Shown here: one piece after another, positions 13,271 to 26,654 of the stretch
Numbering within the stretch: position 1 is the first letter of the stretch
How the letters are laid out: every line of letters begins with the position of its first letter
Made by a program: the position numbers and the translations under genes
NCBI GenBank assembly: GCA_951406725.2
Contig: OX597825.1
Location: forward strand, 74,276,001-74,340,000
Direction: 5' to 3'
Source: Octopus vulgaris
Lineage: Eukaryota
DNA: 64,000 bases
Notes under the pieces: model-generated
The model's input: the letters and a program-made list of their open reading frames with translations, nothing else
Database searches by the model: none
Told to the model about the DNA's origin: nothing

Positions 13271-13506
13271 TATTTTTTTCTTTATTGCCCACAAGGGGCT
13301 AAACACAGAGGGTGCAAACAAGGACAGACAAAGGGATTCAGTCGATTACATCGATCCCAGTGCGTATCTGGTACTTATTTTATCGACCCCGAAAGGATGA
13401 AAGGCAAAGTCGACCTCGGCGGAATTTTGAACTCGGAACGTAACGACAGACGAAATACGGCTACGCATTTCGCCCGGCGTGCTAACGTTTCTGCCAGCTC
13501 GCCGCC
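13271..13506 (-). mobile_element. Full-length SINE family A with TSD
   Basis: Complete consensus; CTGACCAAGATACT at 13257 and 13506. Confidence 0.9.
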
Positions 13507-13518
13507 TGACCAAGATAC

Positions 13519-13661
13519 TGTTGTGTGGACGCCCCCAGACGATGAAGTAGGCTAGCCCAATATGTAGATATAGTAGAAGTAGACTAGAACACTTGAGTAG
13601 CGGTATTAGACAGCAGGTAGAGTACAGTTGAGTAGAAGGTATCCGAACGTGCGACATAACA
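13519..13661. mobile_element. Short solo LTR, copy 2
   Basis: TGTT...AACA termini with perfect 5-bp TSD GATAC (13514-18 and 13662-66). Confidence 0.8.
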
Positions 13662-13674
13662 GATACTGAGCATA

Positions 13675-14290
13675 GTTTCATTGCGGTCCGAACATTTCTT
13701 CCGTCGATGTTGCAGTGCTTAGTTCGCATTGGTACAGAGGCTTTCATCCTGTTCATCAAAAAAGTAATCAACAGCAGGTATGACGTCATCAACACTGCAT
13801 TACCGCTTTGTAACCAAATGTTTTCTCATGTTCGGGAACACATGATAGCCTGTTGGGCTCAAGACAGAAGAACGGGGAAGCTGATCAACCAGATCAAAGC
13901 CACAGTCTAATGGCTTCATGATGTTCAAATCAAAAGTAATCATTATTTCTAATCTATATGTCAACACTCTATCATACTTATACATCAATACTCTGGCTTA
14001 CACATATCCGAGGTCTGAGACAGTAACCAATCAACATGACGCAACCAATGGTTTTGTTTTTCTTATCGCCAACCGTAACGATAAACTGTGATGCAATACT
14101 GTTTCATTGTCTATAAAGAGAAATAAAATGGAAATCAAGGAGTTGTGTGGTGGAACATTGTCCCGATGAAACAAAACTCCACTTTCGTTCATTTTCCTGG
14201 GCGTTTGTTCTTGATAGTGTTTCGATTTACCTTAGCAATTTGGCATTGCACCCTCCATTGATAGTGTGGTTCCTTTAGAGACAGCTCCAT
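13675..14290 (-). pseudogene. Mariner transposase C-terminal fossil, interrupted by a 220-bp insertion
   Basis: TIKNKRPGK and GVLFHRDNVPPHNSLISM (14128-14230), then DCGFDLVDQLPRSSVLSPTGYHVFPNMRKHL and DDVIPAVDYFFDEQDES..ALQHRRKKC (13675-13907); these match the HDNARPH and YSPDLAPSD motif regions. Confidence 0.8.
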
Positions 14291-15449
14291 ACTTTCGTAA
14301 TTTATTCGAAGTGTTTGGACGAAATATTTAGTAAGGTCTTACGGCGAAAGAGAATATGTCGGCACCTACTGATTTTGATAGGATTTCCAGACGAGTGAAT
14401 ATGATGTATCCAGTTCTTAGCTTAAATATCCTTAATTTCAGAGAAAGTGGATTCGGGAGCGGTCCTAAATTCATTTAATCGAAGATTTGTTGAATGCACC
14501 TAAAGACTATGTGTTAATGTGTTTGGTTGAACCGCAGTGTTTAGGACTAGTTCTCGAAATTAATAAGATACTTGGAAATAGAAGTGAAGAAATAATGGCC
14601 TCATATTTTAGCACAAGGCCAGTGACATCGAGAGAAGGTATAGTCAATTAAATCGACCACCATACTCAACTGGTACTCAAATTTATCGCCTCCAAAAGGA
14701 AGAAAGGCAAAATCGACCTCGGTGGCTCGTCCGCTTCTGTAAGATGATAATATAAGTCGTTAATATCTGATAGATGAAAACTATTATGATGTTAGGCTAA
14801 TTTATAACTTAATTTTCGAAACTAACTTAAAAATTCGTGTTCCTTGATTATATACATGACAAAAAAATGTTTTTTAACCATCCCAAATTATCACTATCAT
14901 TTTATACACTTCAATGTCATGCTTCAAAATGACTCATACTATCAGGCAGACCGGGAATTATAAAGGTCCGCATCAAAGCGAAAACACGAGGAGACATTTT
15001 AACATGAATCGCATTATTGGTATGTAACGCCATCGAGATAAAATTCTGCCACGGACGGATTTTTAAATATTTTAAAATAATGGAAATTGATTCGGCTATA
15101 TGTGTGACTTTAGTAATTATGTTTGTCAATCCATTATGTTAACCTAACTGATATAGGTGTGTATTTTAAGACTTTTAAGTACGAACATGTCTTCCTTCAA
15201 ATTCAATTTATTGATTTAAATTCATTTCTTAATGGGTTTACGAGTAATGGGATTGAAATGACGTTTTCGTTTCAAGTTCTATCCATAAAATATACATCTC
15301 CCTCAACCTCGCCATCCCTTCCATGCCCTTTCTCTTGATGTTATTTTCATGCTTGCGCACGTAGCATCATCCATATTTGTCTCCCGCCTCTTTCTCTTCC
15401 TCCCTCCCTCCCTCCCTCCCAATCTCTCTCTGTTTCTACCTCTACAGAG

Positions 15450-15506
<57 letters not shown>

Positions 15507-15583
15507 TAGATATAGATATATATATATATATAGATAGATAGATAGATAGATAGATACACACACACACATACACACACACATAT

Positions 15584-15619
<36 letters not shown>

Positions 15620-15889
15620 CCACAGACATTTGCATCTATATTTGTATACAATCAAGAAAGCAATCTATCACCAGTAAAACATATCCAATATCTAACATAT
15701 ACATGAATATATCCATACATACATATGCGCACACAAACACACATACCCCCCACATATATATGGTTATATGTAGGTATATAAATATACTGCGTAAATATTA
15801 ATACGCCATTATAAATATGCTTGCGTATATGTGTGCATATGTGTTCTGGTCAGTGTATGCTTTAGCATGTATGTGTTGCTGCTGAAGTG

Positions 15890-15931
<42 letters not shown>

Positions 15932-16330
15932 CAGCAGATATTCAGAAAAGAAGTAAAATGGTTACGTAAATATAATCGACACAAAGTATTTTTTGTGTGT
16001 TGTCCTCCATTAAAAGTATTCCACTAACATTACACAAAACAAACATTACATTTCATAAATATTGTTGCAAGTCGTCTTGCCAGACGATTCGTCTATTTAT
16101 TATATGATCTCATCGTATTTTGTTTAGACATTGTGAATCCAGCTTACACTTTTTTGTAAAATGCTCTTTTAAAGAAGATGGGGTTTGATTTGAGAAAAAT
16201 TGTTGCTGATGCTTCTAGTATTTTGAGCAACCACACAAGAGCTTCTACATTGACACGTTCATTTGCCTGCATGTCGGGGCGTTACTCTAATCGGTGGATG
16301 CTTGACTATGTTGATATTTCAAAATGTGGA

Positions 16331-16760
16331 CGGCGGCGAGCTGGCAGAAACGTTAGCACGCCGGGCGAAATGGTTAGCGGTATTTCATCTGCTGTTACGT
16401 TTTGAGTTCAAATTCCGCCGAGGTCGACTTTGCCTTTCATCCTTTCGGGGTCGATAAATTAAGTACCAGTTACGCACTGGGGTCGATGTAATCGACTTAA
16501 TACCTATGTCTGTCCTTGTTTGTCCGCTCTGTGTTTAGCCCCTTGTGGGTAATAAAGAAATAGAAATAGGTATTTCGTCTGCCGTCACGTTTTGAGTTTA
16601 AATTCCGCCGAGGTCGACTTTGCCTTTAACCCTTTCGGGGTCGATTAAATAAGTACAAGTTGCGCATTGAGGTCGATGTAATCGACTTAATCTCTCTGTC
16701 TGTCCTTGTTTCTTCCCTCTATGTTTAGCCCCTTATGGGCAGTAAAGAAATAAGAAATAG
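16331..16760 (+). mobile_element. SINE family A, tandem pair (full-length plus 5'-truncated)
   Basis: Consensus at 16331-16560; body repeated from 16569. Confidence 0.9.
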
Positions 16761-16875
16761 AGCAAATCCCCACCCAGCCATGTCTGACAAAAACAAAGAT
16801 TCTTGAGAAAGTACAAGAGATAATCGACTGCTGCTTCTAGAGTGGTACTTTATCGACTCGAACCGATAAAAGGTA

Positions 16876-17106
16876 TACTCTTTTTACTCTTTTGCTTGTT
16901 TCAGTCATTTGACTGCGGCCATGCTGGAGCACCGCCTTTAGTCGAGTAAATCCACCCCAGGACTTATTCTTTGTAAGCCTTGTACTTATTCTATCAGTCT
17001 CTTTGGCTATTCTATCAGTCTCATGGTTCTCAAGCCATGGTGGTGGTGGGGGCTAAACAGACACACACACAAACACACACACACACACACACTCACACAC
17101 ACACAT

Positions 17107-17139
<33 letters not shown>

Positions 17140-17275
17140 CGTATATACGACTGGCTTCTTCCAGTTTCCGTCTACGAAATCCACTCACAAGGCTTTGGCC
17201 GGTCCGAGGCTATAGTACAAGACACTTCCCCATGGTGCCACGCAGGGGGAATGAACCCGGAACCATGTGGTTGGT
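16876..17275 (-). mobile_element. SINE family C
   Basis: Same blocks as 6088-6495. Confidence 0.8.
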
Positions 17276-18025
17276 ATAGTAGAACACGACTTGATTTGAG
17301 CATAGTAAGATAGCAATTGGAACAAGTAGAACTCACTCCCTTCCAGTTCTGACAAAAGCAAATATTTCCAAAAGAGTTTAATACACAGTCGACTCTAGTA
17401 CTGCTGGACTGATGGATTAGATATCAACTCCAGAAAAAAAAAACATTTCAAAATCGACCTCGAAGCTATTTAATCACGGAGACTAAAGAGCTTGAACGAA
17501 TACCGCAAGTCATTCTGTTAGACGTTCTAACAAGTCAGCCAATGAGCAGCCATTGTTGATATCGTATATTAGTGTGGATGTGTACGGAGTGTGTATTATA
17601 CTGCTATTTATTTTGCATCATGTTCGAATGCTAAATCCGATACAGCAGGAACTGAAATTTGATGAAAGAAAATTCTGCAATTCGATTATATTTATATTAA
17701 GTCAGTACCCTGGGAAAACATTCAATATAATATCAGATACTGAGTGCATAAATTACTGTTGGCAAACACATATACTCCCCCCACACACACACAAATGAGC
17801 ACCAGCATACACACACATATACATATAAATACGTGAATATATATATATATGCATATATTTTTGTATTTATATAAATATATATATGAATATATATATGTAT
17901 GTATATGTATATATATATAAATATATGCATATATGGTTGTATTTATATAAATATATGTATGTATATATATATATATATGGCAGTCATTATTTTCTCGGAT
18001 ACATACATATGCATACATGCATACA

Positions 18026-18059
<34 letters not shown>

Positions 18060-18124
18060 CATACATACTTACATACATACATACATACGTATGCATGTAA
18101 GATCATATTTGAGTGTGCGTAATT

Positions 18125-18161
<37 letters not shown>

Positions 18162-18172
18162 ATGTATGCATA

Positions 18173-18209
<37 letters not shown>

Positions 18210-18891
18210 GTATCTATATATTTGGGAGTGCACATACACTCTATATGAACACACATATACACACATATACACGCAGACACATGCATGTATATTTGTACGT
18301 ATGTGTATGTATGTATGTCTGTATGCAGTATTCGTGAGACAAAAAAAAGATAAAACTTAATTCCAAAGAAGCTGTAAAACATTTCTGTCTATTTCTATAC
18401 ATCGCTCAATATCTGTAGGGATAACGGCGACGTATGAAAATTTTTCGTGAAATCAAATTTTTAAGAATACTTAATGTTATTAAAACGGATTCGAGAATCA
18501 AAATACACGTAATTCCATAATATGGTAAGTATGTTACATACCATTTACAGAGAAATATTCTGAAAGGAGGAAAGTAAAAGGAAAATACAGGCGGATGTGT
18601 GTCCGTGTGATTGAGAAATTCGATTCGTAACCATGTGATTTCGGATTCAATCCCATTACGTTTAGTTTAAGCAAGTGTCTTCTACTATAGCCCCGAACCG
18701 ATCAATATCTAATGAGTGAACTTGAGGGACCAAAACTGTTTCGAAGCCCGTCATATACACACATGCGCGCGGCAAGCACACACATGTGCATATGTGTAGT
18801 ATTATTTTAGATTTAAGACATCTCGCGGATGTTCTTGGCTACATATCAGTGATAATTCTGGGGTTTCTTAGGACTTTTAGGCGCTTCCAGA

Positions 18892-19163
18892 ATCAGACCC
18901 CCTCACCCTGTTGACACGGATTGTGTTGATCACATACCCGCTTGCATTCTAATTACAGCATCAGATCCACTCACCCTGTTGACCTAGATGGTGTTGATCA
19001 TATGCCCGCTTGCATCCTAATTGCAGCATCAGACCCACTCACCCTGTTGACCTAGATGGTGTTGACCACGTCCCGGCTTGCATCCTAATTGCAGCATCAG
19101 ACCCACTCATCCTGTTGACCTAAATGGTGTTGATCACGTACCAGGTTGCATCCTAATTGCAGC
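18892..19163. repeat. Minisatellite, 4 x 68 bp
   Basis: Unit ATCAGACCCACTCACCCTGTTGACCTAGATGGTGTTGATCACGTACCCGCTTGCATCCTAATTGCAGC starts at 18892, 18960, 19028 and 19096. Confidence 0.95.
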
Positions 19164-19622
19164 AAACCACTGCTCTACCCTCTTTATCCAAAGTCTCCGC
19201 CGTTTCAGTGCTGGAATTTATAGCTCCACCTTTTGTTGCGCCAGTTGACCCAAGTTCAGCCAGATATATGCAGAATGATCAACCCGCAACATCTGGACAC
19301 CCTGCTGCGGCCTCCTCGCAATATGCATACCAGCCCCGATTCCTGCAGTGTTGTACTAGCTCCCGGTAATTTCGATCCAGTTTTCATGCGCTTCCTCCAT
19401 TTGTTCATTTCAAGGCACAATCAGTTCCTACACGGTCACTTTTCTGGTAGAATTTAAGATCACCATATTTAGGCGTGTTTATTGTATTATATACGTACAC
19501 ACACACATATACCTATCTATCTATATATATATATATATATATATATATCAACAATTGAGGTAAAATTAATTAATTAATCAATTTCACCAAGTATTCAGTA
19601 TACAAAGGGACCATTTAAGCAT

Positions 19623-19796
19623 AAATTATTACATTATATGGTTAAAATATTGCGCATGACTCATTAGGCAGCTAAAAATTATCCATTAAAGAAAATCGTG
19701 AATTGAGCAAGCACTATACGACTTTAAGTATTGGAGATAGTTTTAAAAAGTTTTTAGTTCTAATGATTCATATGCCAAAATTACTATATAATGTAA

Positions 19797-19801
<5 letters not shown>
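19623..19801. repeat. Imperfect inverted repeat inside a (TA)n-flanked cassette (19548-19801)
   Basis: AATTATTACATTATATGGT...CATGACTCATTAGG.AGCTAAAAATT pairs with AGTTTTTAGTTCTAATGATTCATATG...ACTATATAATGTAATAATT. Confidence 0.7.
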
Positions 19802-19836
<35 letters not shown>

Positions 19837-19843
<7 letters not shown>

Positions 19844-20138
19844 ATCACGTGACCGACCAGACCATCAGATGTTGTTACACACCGCTGGTCACAATGCGTT
19901 CGCATTGTTTCAGCCTTTGAATGACGCCACCCCGCTGGCTAAGCGAGCAGGCCAACAGAAGGAAGAGTGGAAGAAAGAGTGGTGAAAGAGTACAGTAGGG
20001 ATCACCACCTCCTGCCGGAGCCTCGTGGAGCTTTTAAGTGTTTTCGCTCAATAAACATTCACAACGCCGGGTCTGGTACTCGAAATCGCGATCCTACGAC
20101 CGCGAGTCCGCTGTCCTAACCACTGGACAATTTCGCCT

Positions 20139-20140
<2 letters not shown>
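19837..20140 (-). mobile_element. SINE family B, second tail type
   Basis: Reverse complement of 49038-49318. Confidence 0.85.
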
Positions 20141-20190
<50 letters not shown>

Positions 20191-20667
20191 GCATGTGAAT
20201 ATACATGTTTGATTATACGTATCCTTGTATTTGTCGCCACACTGCTTAACAAGACATGTTGCTTTATTTACGTCCCCGTCACTTAGCGGTTCTACAAATG
20301 AAACGGTTAGAATAAGTACCAAACTTTAAACAATAAAAACTATTATTGGCTTCGTTTTATTCGTGTAAACCTTCCGGATCTAGCATGACTGCAGTGTAGT
20401 TATTTTAACGGGCAAAAGAATGCAGGAGTAAAAGTGTAATAGAATATCTATTGCAAGAACTCAAAAATCTTTAGCAACAATAAAAAGAGAATTAATAGAA
20501 ATAGGCACAACACTGAAACCAATGAATGAAGGCCGATACCTTCCTAATCTTGATGTCATAAATGCGGCCCCTTTTCAGTTTCCAGCCGTGTATCCCAAAT
20601 ATTGTTACAAAGACTCTCACTGCAAATGCAAGACTATATTGGTCAGGGACAGCTCAAACTTATCTAC

Positions 20668-21075
20668 CTTTCTTCTTTATTGCCCACAAGGGGCTAAATA
20701 TAGAGGGGACAAACTAGGACAGACAAACGGATTAAGTCGGTTACATCGACCCCAGTGCGTAACTGGTACTTAATGTATCGACCCCAAACGGACGAAAGGC
20801 AAAGTCTGCCTTGCGGAATTTGAACTCAGAACGTAACGGCAGACGAAATCCCTATTTCTTTACTACCCACAAGGGGCTAAACACAGAGGGGACAGACAAA
20901 CAGATTAACTCGATTACATCAACCCCAGTGCTTAACTGGTACTTATTTAATCGACCCCGAAAGAATGAAAGGCAAAGTTGACCTCGGCGGTATTTGAACT
21001 CAGAACGCAGCGGCAGACGAAATACTGCTTAGCATTTCGTCTGGCGTGCTAACGATTCTGCTAAGCTCGCCGCCT
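20668..21075 (-). mobile_element. SINE family A tandem pair
   Basis: Two consecutive bodies with the head at 21060-21075. Confidence 0.85.
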
Positions 21076-21780
21076 TTATCTACCTATGTTTGCTGGAATA
21101 TTCCTTTATCGCTCATGATTTACCTGCTGTATCAACAAACGCTTCATTCTACTCAATATTTACACATTTTTATCATTTATTAATGTCTTTTATAGTTATC
21201 TTCCTCACATTGTTAATAATCTTTTCTCGATTGACTCCCAAGATATCGACCCTTTTCATGGCCAAATTTCATTCTGTGACAATGCCCTAGTCTTAATTAG
21301 TATTCGGAATATTGTCGGAAAGCAGTTTAAGGGAATCGACAAAAGAGTGTGTTTGGCATTAATTTTTCTCTCCTGTGTAAATCATAAACAGGCTTCTTAT
21401 TATTATATCCCTCGAAGGTTCATTAAAGACAAACGGTCAAATGTGGAAAATTCCAGTCGATAACGTAATTTTTGTGTGAGTGGCCGTGAGTTTGTGTATG
21501 TATGTATGTACGTAGTATGTACGTATGTATGTATGTACGTACGTACATATATATATATATATATATACGTAGTGATTTTATTGCGGCCAAACTGAAGTAC
21601 CACCTTCAAAGAAACAAAACAATACCAAAATTATTCCAATGCTAGGTTCTGATTTCAAAATCAACCGAGGTGGATTTTCCCCTTCATCCTTTCGCGATAG
21701 ATAAAATAGGTACCAGTTGAATACTGGGGTCGATAAAATCGTCTGTCCCCCTCCCCCGAATTTGCTGATTATGGGTCAAA

Positions 21781-21781
<1 letters not shown>

Positions 21782-21841
<60 letters not shown>

Positions 21842-21853
21842 GTAGTAGTAGTT

Positions 21854-21893
<40 letters not shown>
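21782..21893. repeat. (ATT)n-(AGT)n compound microsatellite
   Basis: Seen directly. Confidence 0.95.
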
Positions 21894-23049
21894 AGTTGTG
21901 CTTTAACACCAAAGACGTGTCTTGATGCAGGTCCTGTTAAACGTGTTTTAATATTTGCTTTCTCTGACGCAATTTCGACTTCTTGTATTAACACTGTATC
22001 GTTCGGAGATCAATGAAGAGTCGAAGAGAATAATTGTTATACAGCTTTTCTAGTTTAGTTTGAACCATTTGGATATTTGATCTTTTCCTCTTTTGCTCCG
22101 CTCTATACGCCACTACAGAGACGTAGCTTAGTCATCAAAATATTGCTAAATGTTTCAGTGTCCTTGAAAATATAGCATTATGAAGAATCTTGGAGATCAA
22201 ATGGCGTGATTTTGTGAGAAATTAAGTGATTCGAGACACAATGAAAGAACAATGTATCAAGGAATCAAGTTGTTTCTGAGTTAGGTACAAGGTCGACAAT
22301 TCTGTGGAGAGAGGATTATTCGAGGCCATTGAACCTAGTACTTAAGTTGTACTGTAATTCATCGGCCCTGGAGGGATGAAAGGCAAAGTTGACCACGGCA
22401 GAATGTGAATTCAGAATCTAAAGACCCAGAACGAATACCAGAAAACAATTATCCTGACCTACCAGCTCGCAGCCATAACAATTTAAGAAATAATCATTTC
22501 AAATGTTTGCACAAGGTCAGTAAATTTAAAGAAGCGTCATAGTCAATTACGTTGATCCAGTAATTAACGGGTATCTATTTTATCGAGACAGGATGGTTGT
22601 AAGGAAAATTCAACCTCACAGGAATTTCAAGATAGAACCCCGAACAACAAGACAAAATACCGTTAGACATTTTATGAGACATGTTAAAGACTCAGCCAGC
22701 TCGCCGTCTTCTAAATGAAGAAATAATGGTGAGTAGATAGCGATGGTTGGTATACGTGCTTCTGCTGCTTTAGCCTGAAAACCGGATATTGAAATAGACA
22801 GTCTAAGGTAACAGTCCTACTGTGCATCACCCTGGGTAAGCATCTTCTAGTATACTCTCGAATGAATCAATTACATGGACGAAAACTCTAGGAAAACATG
22901 ACGTACATGTGTGTGTGTGTTTTGTATCTGAGAGTTTTTGTACTTTTATGTGTCATTAAATGTGTGTGTGTGTGTGTGTGTATTTATTTTTTTACTGCTT
23001 AACAGACAACGTTTGTTTGTTTCCGCCAGACTGTCCTTATTATAAATTT

Positions 23050-23246
23050 CACTGATGACTTCTCTCCATTTATCCTTTCTTTCTTTCTTCTATTTCTTCC
23101 TTTTCTTGCAGGTAGCCATAAATTATCAGTAACAATATCCATATAGCTAACACTGTTGGTCTTGTGCCAATAGTGACTTCAAGCGGCTTCAAACAAAGAT
23201 GCATTTCAAAATGCCGCCCCAGAATTCCGTATTAGCTTTGGTAAAT
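23050..23246 (+). other. Candidate exon 23112-23240 with strong 3' splice site
   Basis: Branch-like CTGAT at 23052, about 50-nt pyrimidine tract, TTGCAG ending 23111; possible donor TTG|GTAAAT at 23241. Confidence 0.3.
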
Positions 23247-23305
23247 CTCCAATTTCTTTTCTTCAGTTTCTGATAGATACACCCATACATACACCAGAGA
23301 CACAG

Positions 23306-23381
<76 letters not shown>

Positions 23382-23454
23382 TGTGTAGTCAGTGTTCGCT
23401 AAAGTACATTTCTTTTTCAAAAATTATTAGAATCTAGATAGAAATTTAGTGTTT

Positions 23455-23745
23455 CAGCACCTCATTTCGAACTGATGACCATTCTGCTCCATGCATTGCT
23501 GATAACTGGAAGCAATGGAATCGCAAACATTCGATAACATTTCGTTCAGTAATTCTATGTATTGTCGTTCAATGGCTGCCCTCAGTTCTTCAATTTTTGT
23601 CGGTTTTGCACCAGAAACGCCATCTTTTAAGATTCTCAGAAAATAGTGTTAATCGTGTGATGTTTAATCAACGCGAAGGCAATCTATAAACCTTTTTCCT
23701 GCAATCCTCCTGTTTGGCAAAATCTCATCAAGGTAGGCCCTTACA
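23455..23745 (-). pseudogene. Tc1/mariner-superfamily transposase C-terminal fossil
   Basis: ILKDGVSGAKPTKIEELRAAIERQYIELLNEMLSNVCDSIASSYQQCMEQNGHQFE, typical of the LK..VY..KP....EL...I...C....G..FE C-terminus. Confidence 0.7.
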
Positions 23746-24743
23746 ATACTAAAATTATGTTGGTATACAGGAGCACCCTCTGCACAAAGGTGTTTACCCT
23801 AAACCGTAGTTCTAGGGCGTATAGAAGACGATGTTCAGCGCTACCTGGTTGGAACACGAAAAGTAAAAGGATATTATTAAATAGCGCTACGTACTTTGTA
23901 CAAAACTATCCCTGGATTATCCAGCTTCACTCCCCAGCACATAAAAACCATCACCTCCACTATCTCCACCCCCACCACCACCACCACCACATTAATATTT
24001 ATGGTATTATGCCAAAGTTAGATATTGAAATTACTTTTCTATATGGAAGCTGCCGATTGAAAATCCAATTAAAAATCATTATTGAAAATCACTTTAGCAA
24101 CGCATGAGATATTCCTACAGTAATTAAACATCCCTTGGTATTACATATAATAAGCATTCTGTATGTGATACACATTACTTGCTACTCTCTGAGCTGTAAG
24201 CTAAATAAAGGATTCATTAATGAGATAGCATTATCGAAAGAATATATTTGCATATATTATCTGTTAAACAATTAGATACAACCATACACGAAATAAAAGA
24301 AAAGGGACATGCAAACTTCTAGATTTTCTCTAAATTTTTCAGTTTTTTATATATATATATATATATATCACAAGTGACGAAGTATTCAATAGAATAAATG
24401 AGCGTAAAGATAAAATGTAATAATACAAAAAATAAAACTCTCGGTTCGGTATTAAAAGAATGTTCTCTAAACGTGTGATGCGAAATGATAAAGCTGTAAT
24501 AGGTGTGTGTATCGTCACAGTTGCAGCATAATTGATAGACAGATAGATATCAATAGTGTTACTGTGACAGACTTGAAACTGTTTTGTTGTTGTTGTTTTA
24601 CGATTGCGTACTTTGATATGCTCGGCGAGAAATCACATGCATACTTATATGCACATACATGCTTAAGTAAATATATTACATACAGCTATTTACGCGCATA
24701 TATATATATATATATATACATATATATACATATATATATATAC

Positions 24744-24789
<46 letters not shown>

Positions 24790-24964
24790 GTATGTATGTA
24801 TATATATATATATATGCATACATTCATACACACATGCACACACAAACACACGTATATTACACCGGAAATAATGTGTTAATCAGCTTTAGCAGGACAAAAC
24901 AGGAAGGAATCAGCATGCGCAAAAATTGAATTATATCATTTATATGTATGTATGTATGTCTGTA

Positions 24965-25668
24965 TCTGTACTGTCTATGTCCAGTCTACACTTGACCATT
25001 GTATGGTCAGTGTAAGTTACTTGGACCAGCTGTGGACAGCTAAAACTAGGCTTATCTCTAGTTCTTATCGCTATCCTATCTAAGTGAGACTTAAAGCTTC
25101 CGTCGCCGCTAATCCAGGTCCACTCTGGGTCGCTCGGATGGTTAAGTCTGTAGCGATCCGCTAGCTGAACACGCTTAAGCAGATCTTTGAGACCTGAGTT
25201 CACTTTCCTATAGATCGAGCCAACGCTATCGATGCGTGCGTCAACAATAGCGTTACAGTCTCCTAACACCACTAATGTCTTCGACGACACGAGAAAGTTC
25301 TCTAGGCGCCGATAAAAACAAGTTTGGAGTCCTCTAGCACAAAGTGCATAGATTCCGATCAACCTGGAGGCTTTACTGCTGTATGTCACACCAAAGACGA
25401 CCAGCCCACCTTCATGGTCTACATAGACCAACTCTTCCGGACCAGTACTACTACATCTCCTCTCCCTCTGGTCTGGCTAAGAGACATGATTTTCTCATAG
25501 TCATTCAGGAGAGGCGAGAAGGCTTTAGACTGTCCAGCTTGGTCTCTGTAGCAACGATCACATGTATATCGTGTGATCTGAAGTCGTCGAGGAAACGAGC
25601 TTGCTTCCACTTCGAGCTCAGACCACCCACATTCAAACACCCAAAATAGCCAAAACAAGCAAAAACAT
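24965..25668 (-). pseudogene. Tx1/L1-like LINE ORF2, AP-endonuclease domain only, frameshifted
   Basis: LGCLNVGGL, VIVATETKL, LIGIYA, VLGDCNAIVDARID, WTW, SHLDRI and TDHTMV are APE motifs. Confidence 0.85.
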
Positions 25669-25699
25669 TCAAGGGTTCGACTTACACTTCACTGGTGAT

Positions 25700-26654
25700 G
25701 TTGGGGCTGACCTCACAACACATGAGGCAGCCCTTTCCTCCTCCACCTTCTTCAAATATCTTGGAAGGTCCGGGATGCTCCTGATGGTCTTCGGATGTCT
25801 ATCCTTCAGTTGCCTGTAAAGACCTTCCCCTATCCAGGCACATCTTTCTCTTAAGTCCTTGTGCTGTTCAAACAGCGTGGTGATGTGACATCCTCAATAT
25901 ATTTGTTTCCGGTGTCATATTTTACCAGGGTTTTCTGTTCGTTATCTTTCGTTTTTTCCTTTTTTTTTCTCTCTGGGACAATGGGACGGATTCGTTTCTT
26001 TTTTTGTGGTGTGGTGCTTCTTTTTTCGTTTTCTTTTGTGAGGGATGTGGATAGGGAAGGTGCATATGTTCGTTTCCGAACTGTGAACTTCCCCTCAACC
26101 ACCTCCATGTTGTCGTCCGGACGAGTTACATGTTCTGATGCCACTTTAGAGGGGGAGGGTGTTTTTGACGTTGTTGGAACTGGTGTAAGCATGGTCTGGA
26201 GGGTTTTGGGTGTCGTATTTGGAGGCACCAACTCCTTCGTTTTCAGGGGACTCACTGAGTGCTCTAGCGCTTTTATTTCTGTTTGAAATCTGGCCTCTAC
26301 TGTGCCATAAGTAGGGCCCCTTGCTATATACTTTATGTCGTCCCATATGGGAGCCAGACATTTTTCAATTTTGCACTGCTCAAAGTGCTTAAATTTCTTT
26401 GTTGAAGGACAATATGTTTGGAAAACAATTGTCCTTCTTTTCAATTTTTCAACACTAGGTGAGGGTGACATTTTTATATCACCCCAACCTCTTCTTTCAA
26501 TTTTTTCAAAAATCTCGGAGAGCTTTTCCTTTGGTAGTTCGACGTTTTCAGTAACCACCACGGTAACTCCTGAGAAATTTCTTAACTGTTCCAGTGAATT
26601 TTTCTCTGAAATTATTTCGACCGACATATTCGTTCGAAACAAATTTATACACAA
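25700..26654 (-). pseudogene. LINE ORF1-like reading frame (267 aa open, continues in another frame)
   Basis: Long non-repetitive ORF directly upstream of and co-oriented with the APE domain; Pro/Thr-rich and basic segments. Confidence 0.65.

Noticed and set aside
18892-19163. CRISPR-like array
   Set aside because: Contiguous tandem units with no unique spacers, no cas genes, eukaryotic context
24372-24410. GTGACGA-A-GTATTC-AATA-GAATA hammerhead relic next to (TA)n
   Set aside because: GAAA and stem I are absent
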